Below, in pieces: positions 26,575-31,148 of a stretch of DNA of 31,148 nt. Each line of letters begins with the position of its first letter. Within the stretch, counting starts at the first letter, position 1. Below the pieces are notes generated by a model. That model was not told the DNA's origin. It saw nothing but the letters and a program-made list of their open reading frames with translations, and searched no databases. Source of the stretch: Deltaproteobacteria bacterium (lineage in GTDB: Bacteria > Desulfobacterota > Desulfomonilia > UBA1062). The stretch spans positions 1 through 31,148 of the forward strand of contig JAGVNP010000311.1 of assembly GCA_020053185.1 (NCBI GenBank), in the 5' to 3' direction. A program made the position numbers and the translations under genes.

Positions 26575-26994
26575 ATAATCTTGATATTCGCCATGATTGT
26601 TGCATCGCCTGTCCATAGCCAGGAAGCAGTTAATCTTTCGCAGGTTGAGCATAAGATCACAGTTGCATCGCAAGGAAGGATAGAAGTCAGTCTCAATCTT
26701 TACAATGACCTTGGTGAAGATATATCTTTAACAGCAGACAAGTGTTGAGGGCTGTCAGTGACCTTCCCGGCGGGAAGTGAGGTAAAAGGCGGTGAGATGA
26801 AACCTGTTGTGATAAACACAACAAAACAAGATACTACAGTGAACATAAAGTTTCAGGGCAAACAAGCAAGCGGGAGCCTGAAAGTGATACTAGAGAGAGA
26901 AAAGAAACAGGTGAAGGCAGTGGAGAGCAAAGCTAAAAATATCCCCATGCCTTCTCCAGAAGTGAAGTATGAAGAAGAAGGAAATAGGGATTGA
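26467..26994 (+). CDS. Small exported beta-rich protein with an in-frame TGA at 26746-26748 (possible selenoprotein, or a nonsense-disrupted gene) (operon gene E)
   Basis: ORFs 26467-26748 and 26758-26994 are in the same frame, separated only by TGA-GGG-CTG-TCA; reads ...LTADKC*GLSVTFPAG...; signal peptide IILIFAMIVASPVHS. Confidence 0.65.
26763..26777 (+). promoter_or_regulatory. Candidate bacterial SECIS hairpin
   Basis: CTTCCC-GGC-GGGAAG; the loop starts 20 nt after the UGA and begins with GG. Confidence 0.45.
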
Positions 26995-27031
26995 GGATAA
27001 AAACAGGATTATGGGGTATGGATTAAGGATT

Positions 27032-27186
27032 ATGGTTTTGCAAGAAAGTCCTCATTCTCGTTTTATTTCTGTCATTCCCGCGGAGGCGGGAATCCAGAGA
27101 TCGTACAACTGTCAGAAAATACTGGATTCCCATTTGCATGGGAATGACATGGAAATGATTTTTTCGACTTTTTGAGAGAGCGTTAA
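27032..27186. repeat. Composite palindromic element, copy D, between genes E and F
   Basis: 78-bp core at 27071-27148 with both arms identical to copy A; outer arms ...GCAAGAAAGTC / GACTTTTTGAGAG... Confidence 0.8.
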
Positions 27187-27397
27187 GGGTGAAGGTAAAA
27201 GGTTTCAGTAGGGTATAAAGGCTGAATGTTAATTAAGGGGTAAAATGATGGTTCAGGGTTCAGGGTTCAGGGTTCAAGGTTTAGGGCGAAATTTCGAAAT
27301 TCAAAATTCGAATTTCGAAATTTGCAATTCGCAATCCGCAAATCGCAATCCGCAAATCGCCCCACACCCTACACCTTACACCTTATACCTTAAACCC
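27185..27397 (+). repeat. Composite heptamer cassette at the start of gene F
   Basis: (GGGTTCA)3; perfect 14-bp inverted repeat AAATTTCGAAATTC / GAATTTCGAAATTT (27289-27323); CGCAATC/CGCAAAT units; CACCTTA units. Confidence 0.75.
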
Positions 27398-30300
27398 TTG
27401 TTAGCCATTCTTTTTATCATTGCCTCTTTTCTTATACCCTTTAAAGCCTCTGCAGCGAGCACGTCTCTTGTTATCAATGAGGTGATGTTTGATCCAACAG
27501 GCGCTGATACCGGCTTAGAATGGATAGAGTTTATCGCAAGGAACGATGTAACTATAACAGGGTGGGACTGCTTAGATAAGGATAGTAACACATATACATT
27601 CCCTAGCCTTAGTTTAAAAGCTGGCGAGATCGTGGTCCTGCATATAGGCACGGGCACAAATGATCTTACAGGGCCTGTATATAACCTGTATACCAATGGA
27701 GCCGCTACAACATGGCTTGACAATGTTGGCGACAGTATCCGGCTTAGGAATGGATCAGATGCTGCAGTAGATTATATGGCATACGGAAATGCCGGCGCTT
27801 GGTCTGGCTATACATGGACCAACAACATTGATATTACGTATATCTATGAAGGCCTCAGCATCGGCCTTAGCAGGGACGGGATAGATACTGATAACGGCAC
27901 TGGATGGACAGAGTATTCTACCTCTACATCTGGCAACCCCAATAAGACCTCCGGCATAGGCGTAGTAAAGACAGGAACAGAAGAGATATCAAGGGGAGAC
28001 GCAGCCGGCGGAGAATACACACTAACCATCGCAAACAGCGGTGACGGGCCAGCCTATGGCAGCGCATCATCGCCATATGGCATGGTTGTTGTGGATGACT
28101 ATCCGACAAACTTCTCTGTGTTATCTGTGACATCGGTGACGAGAAACGGGATAACATTCTCGTCGTATTCCCAGTCAAATGATGGCGATAAGATTACGTT
28201 TACAAGTCTGCCTGTGCTTATGCCAGGGGATACGCTGGAGATCAAGTTTAAGTTCTATGTGGACTGCGTTGCAACTATCGGATACAAGACAAATCTTGTA
28301 ACCGCAAAATATCACGACCTTCCTGACCTTTCAGATGCAGAAAAGAATGAGCAGGCTGTTTTGGATACCCTTGTGGACAAAGGCACGCTGGTGGTGAAAA
28401 TGGAGGCCATTGCCATAAACGGCACTCCCATAACACCTACCCCCACACCTGCGGCAGAGGTCGGCGAGACAATAAAGGTAAGGGTTTCGCTGCATAATAC
28501 AGATAACGGCAAGCTTTTTGATGTAGCATCAGCGACAACATGGGGAACAGGGCTTACGTATGTGGGCAATCTGGTATGCAATAATGTCACGTGCAGCTAC
28601 GACAGTGTAAATACAAAGGTAACTTCCACAGTCTCTGAAATTCCTCCGAGTACAATAGATAATACCTACTCATACACCTTTGACGTAAGGGTAGATGCAT
28701 GTGAAAATCTCACATCAACCTCTACCGGCACTGGAAAGTGCCTGGCAGCAGGAGGTATCGAGGAAGGGGTTGAGGTCATTATAAAGACCCCGGATATTGA
28801 TTATACCCTGCCTACCATAAGCATCCCTTATGCAGGGACCCAGTCAGTAAGCATCCCTGTTACAAACAACGGCAACGGCAAGGCATATACATTCAGCCTG
28901 GATACCAACATGGAGAGCCTGCCACTTAGCGTGTCAAATATCGCATCTGGATGGACATACAATGCAGGCACAGGGGTATTTACCTATAGTGCAGCATCGT
29001 ACATTTTGCCAGGGGCAACTATCCCGCTTACCTTTGACCTCGCAACCTCTGTAAGCTGCGCTGACAGAAGCCCTTCAGGCATGATAACCTTTACGCCGCT
29101 GTATTACAACGGCTGCACGAAAGCGTTTGCTGCGCCGCGCAAATACACGACCTTTTCCACTACAAACGTACCTGTTGTCACAATAGCAAAAACAACCCCA
29201 AACACATATGTGCATGTGGGTGATCCTGTGTCGTATACTGTTACCTTGGGCGCATCTTATCCGTCCGGCATATCCGGGAACATTGTGGTCACAGATACTG
29301 TGCCGAGCCAGATAGTAAGTGTAGGCGCATCTGCAACAGCAGGGTCTGTAACAGTGTCGGGCAATGATATTACCTGGACCATTGCTCCCGGAGTGGCAGA
29401 TGGTGAAGTCCTTACCATCACCGGCACAGTGGATAGCGACCCTTGTCTCCAGGGAACAACGATAACCAATTCTGCCTCATTTACTGCAGCAGATACTCAG
29501 GGCTGTCCTTTGGCAGGCTCCGGCTCGGCTACCATATATATAAACAACAACCCTGATGCTACAATTGCCCAGCAGAAGTCTGTGATTGGGTCTTTGGAAG
29601 CATGCAACCCTGCTGGCATTACCATAACAAACACATATACCATGGGCACCGGAGTTTCTGGCACCTGGGCAGGCTCTTCATTTAAAGACGACCTGCACAG
29701 CGGAGGCCTCTGCTATATGACCGGCACTGCCGAATACAGACTTGATACAGATGACGGCTCGGGCACAGCATGGACAGCATGGACAGCAATCTCATCTGGA
29801 AATTTGAGCATTGGCTCCAACGGCGAGCTCCAAGTAGATCTCTCGTTCCTGGCAGCAATAGACGGAGATGCGAATGTTGCAGGCAATGATATTCAGATAA
29901 GATACAAAGTCTATGTGTGCGAGGAAAACCTTGGCGGCGCAACATCTGTGACATGGGATTTGCTCTCAACCCTGCATATAGAGGGTAACACTGGAAGCTG
30001 TGGATCTAACGGAGATTATGTCCAGCATCTGCTTCTGGATCTGTATACTGCGTCCATAGCCCTTGCCATAGACATACCTGCAATAATAGAAGACTGCGGC
30101 GTATATGATGCAACGATCACTGTCTCGATGGACACGCCTGCTCCTTACTATGATCTGATCATTGATATGCCTGTAGGAAACTATGAATATCTGGACAGCC
30201 TTGTTGCGTCAGGATTCAATGGCCACACGCCCGTTGTCAGCACCTTAACTGGTCCTGCAAGGGTGAGGTTCAGCTTTGATTTTGATACCAACAATCCTGA

Positions 30301-31148
30301 TGAATTAAGCGAAGGCGGCACGCTTACATTCCAGTTGAGAAAGATATGCGGAACACCATCCGGAGTATCAGCGACCGGAGAATATAAATCCAGGGAAGAT
30401 ACCAGTTCATGCTGCACCGGAGGCACATGCGGAGACATACTGCGGGGCGACCTGAGCGCATCAGATGCGCCTGTATTCTCCAACAGCGGCGATCTTGTGC
30501 TTAATGTTACCCCTGAGACATATCCTGTGGAGACAACAGATCTCAAGTGGATGATGTATGTTACCAACAGGGGGAGCGGTACTGCTTACAATACTATTAT
30601 TCAGGACATTTTAGGCCCTAATTTTACATATGCAGGCTCTAAGGTAAACGGGGTGGTTGCAAACCCTCTCGTAGAACATGATACACCGTATCTTGGATAC
30701 ACCAGAATCACATGGGATCTGGACAATATCGCTGCATCGAAAACAACATTAATTGAGGAGATTATAACACCTCTTACAGGATATTCCTGTGATCTGGCTG
30801 ATACCACATCCAACATAAACGTATATTGGGGCTGCGGGGATGACCATTGCCAGGAAATAAAAGATGTACTTCTTCCCAAATTTACTTTGACCAGTTCAGA
30901 TGCGATTATCCTAACCAACTACCCTGGCCCGCTGAACATGTGCGATCAAGGCACGATCATACTGCAACTCAAGAACGCAGGCGGGGCACATGTGTACAAT
31001 TCAGAAGTGTCCCATGATTTTGCCCCGAACTCGGAAGACACAGGCCTTATCTATGTACCGGGCTCTGCAGAGGTGAGCACAGATGGGACCAATTATACTG
31101 CAACAAATGATCCGGTTATAAGCGGGAGCACAGTTACATGGCAGGGCT
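27245..31148 (+). CDS. Giant exported adhesin-like protein: lamin-tail-like domain followed by many Cys-containing DUF11/Ig-like domains; 3' end beyond the window (operon gene F)
   Basis: Manual translation from ATG 27245 (TAAGGGG RBS) is open to the window end, over 1300 codons. Signal peptide ...PLLAILFIIASFLIPFKASA; LVINEVMFDPTGADTGLEWIEF; then repeated xxVxKT...GDxVxYTVT...VTDTVP...ITW units. Confidence 0.88.
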   Translation, partial: MMVQGSGFRVQGLGRNFEIQNSNFEICNSQSANRNPQIAPHPTPYTLYLKPLLAILFIIASFLIPFKASAASTSLVINEVMFDPTGADTGLEWIEFIARNDVTITGWDCLDKDSNTYTFPSLSLKAGEIVVLHIGTGTNDLTGPVYNLYTNGAATTWLDNVGDSIRLRNGSDAAVDYMAYGNAGAWSGYTWTNNIDITYIYEGLSIGLSRDGIDTDNGTGWTEYSTSTSGNPNKTSGIGVVKTGTEEISRGDAAGGEYTLTIANSGDGPAYGSASSPYGMVVVDDYPTNFSVLSVTSVTRNGITFSSYSQSNDGDKITFTSLPVLMPGDTLEIKFKFYVDCVATIGYKTNLVTAKYHDLPDLSDAEKNEQAVLDTLVDKGTLVVKMEAIAINGTPITPTPTPAAEVGETIKVRVSLHNTDNGKLFDVASATTWGTGLTYVGNLVCNNVTCSYDSVNTKVTSTVSEIPPSTIDNTYSYTFDVRVDACENLTSTSTGTGKCLAAGGIEEGVEVIIKTPDIDYTLPTISIPYAGTQSVSIPVTNNGNGKAYTFSLDTNMESLPLSVSNIASGWTYNAGTGVFTYSAASYILPGATIPLTFDLATSVSCADRSPSGMITFTPLYYNGCTKAFAAPRKYTTFSTTNVPVVTIAKTTPNTYVHVGDPVSYTVTLGASYPSGISGNIVVTDTVPSQIVSVGASATAGSVTVSGNDITWTIAPGVADGEVLTITGTVDSDPCLQGTTITNSASFTAADTQGCPLAGSGSATIYINNNPDATIAQQKSVIGSLEACNPAGITITNTYTMGTGVSGTWAGSSFKDDLHSGGLCYMTGTAEYRLDTDDGSGTAWTAWTAISSGNLSIGSNGELQVDLSFLAAIDGDANVAGNDIQIRYKVYVCEENLGGATSVTWDLLSTLHIEGNTGSCGSNGDYVQHLLLDLYTASIALAIDIPAIIEDCGVYDATITVSMDTPAPYYDLIIDMPVGNYEYLDSLVASGFNGHTPVVSTLTGPARVRFSFDFDTNNPDELSEGGTLTFQLRKICGTPSGVSATGEYKSREDTSSCCTGGTCGDILRGDLSASDAPVFSNSGDLVLNVTPETYPVETTDLKWMMYVTNRGSGTAYNTIIQDILGPNFTYAGSKVNGVVANPLVEHDTPYLGYTRITWDLDNIAASKTTLIEEIITPLTGYSCDLADTTSNINVYWGCGDDHCQEIKDVLLPKFTLTSSDAIILTNYPGPLNMCDQGTIILQLKNAGGAHVYNSEVSHDFAPNSEDTGLIYVPGSAEVSTDGTNYTATNDPVISGSTVTWQG

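Noticed and set aside
26758-26994. Independent 78-aa gene starting at GTG 26758
   Set aside because: No RBS or signal peptide, and it is in frame with the upstream ORF across a single TGA, so it is better explained as one gene.
11791-27186. CRISPR array or autonomous IS interpretation of the recurring palindromes
   Set aside because: Copies are kilobases apart with no regular repeat-spacer pattern, and no cas or transposase gene is in the window.
12181-31148. Assignment to a known secretion or pilus class (T1SS/RTX, autotransporter, chaperone-usher, sortase, type IV pilus, T9SS)
   Set aside because: No RTX nonapeptide arrays, ABC/HlyD genes, PapD or usher motifs, LPxTG, class III prepilin site or T9SS C-terminal domain was recognised. 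Genes beyond the window edge remain unknown.

Overview
A 31 kb bacterial segment; gene content and repeat style suggest a Desulfobacterota/deltaproteobacterial genome (inference). Bases 1-10354 are mostly housekeeping: a B12-binding radical SAM gene (partial), a protein with four MshEN-like repeats, a short RodZ-like HTH protein, recO-glyQ-glyS-HD/dGTPase, moeA, a PaaI thioesterase and a TetR regulator. From 11233 to the window end is a co-oriented cluster of at least six exported proteins built from DUF11/Ig-like, SPOR, OmpA-like and beta-barrel modules. The main hypothesis (inference) is a non-canonical diderm pilus or fibre system. The 991-aa protein starts with a two-strand hairpin matching exactly the strands missing from its own truncated C-terminal DUF11 domain. 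That points to donor-hairpin polymerisation, possibly locked by intermolecular Lys-Asn isopeptide bonds. The cluster also encodes an acceptor-only small protein, a peptidoglycan-binding anchor, a large barrel and a giant tip adhesin that runs off the window. Other notable features: an OmpA-like domain split across two genes, a Cys-UGA read-through ORF with a SECIS-like hairpin, and palindromic and 7-mer repeats in the operon gaps that also encode several N-termini. All domain calls come from reading motifs by eye; no database search was run.
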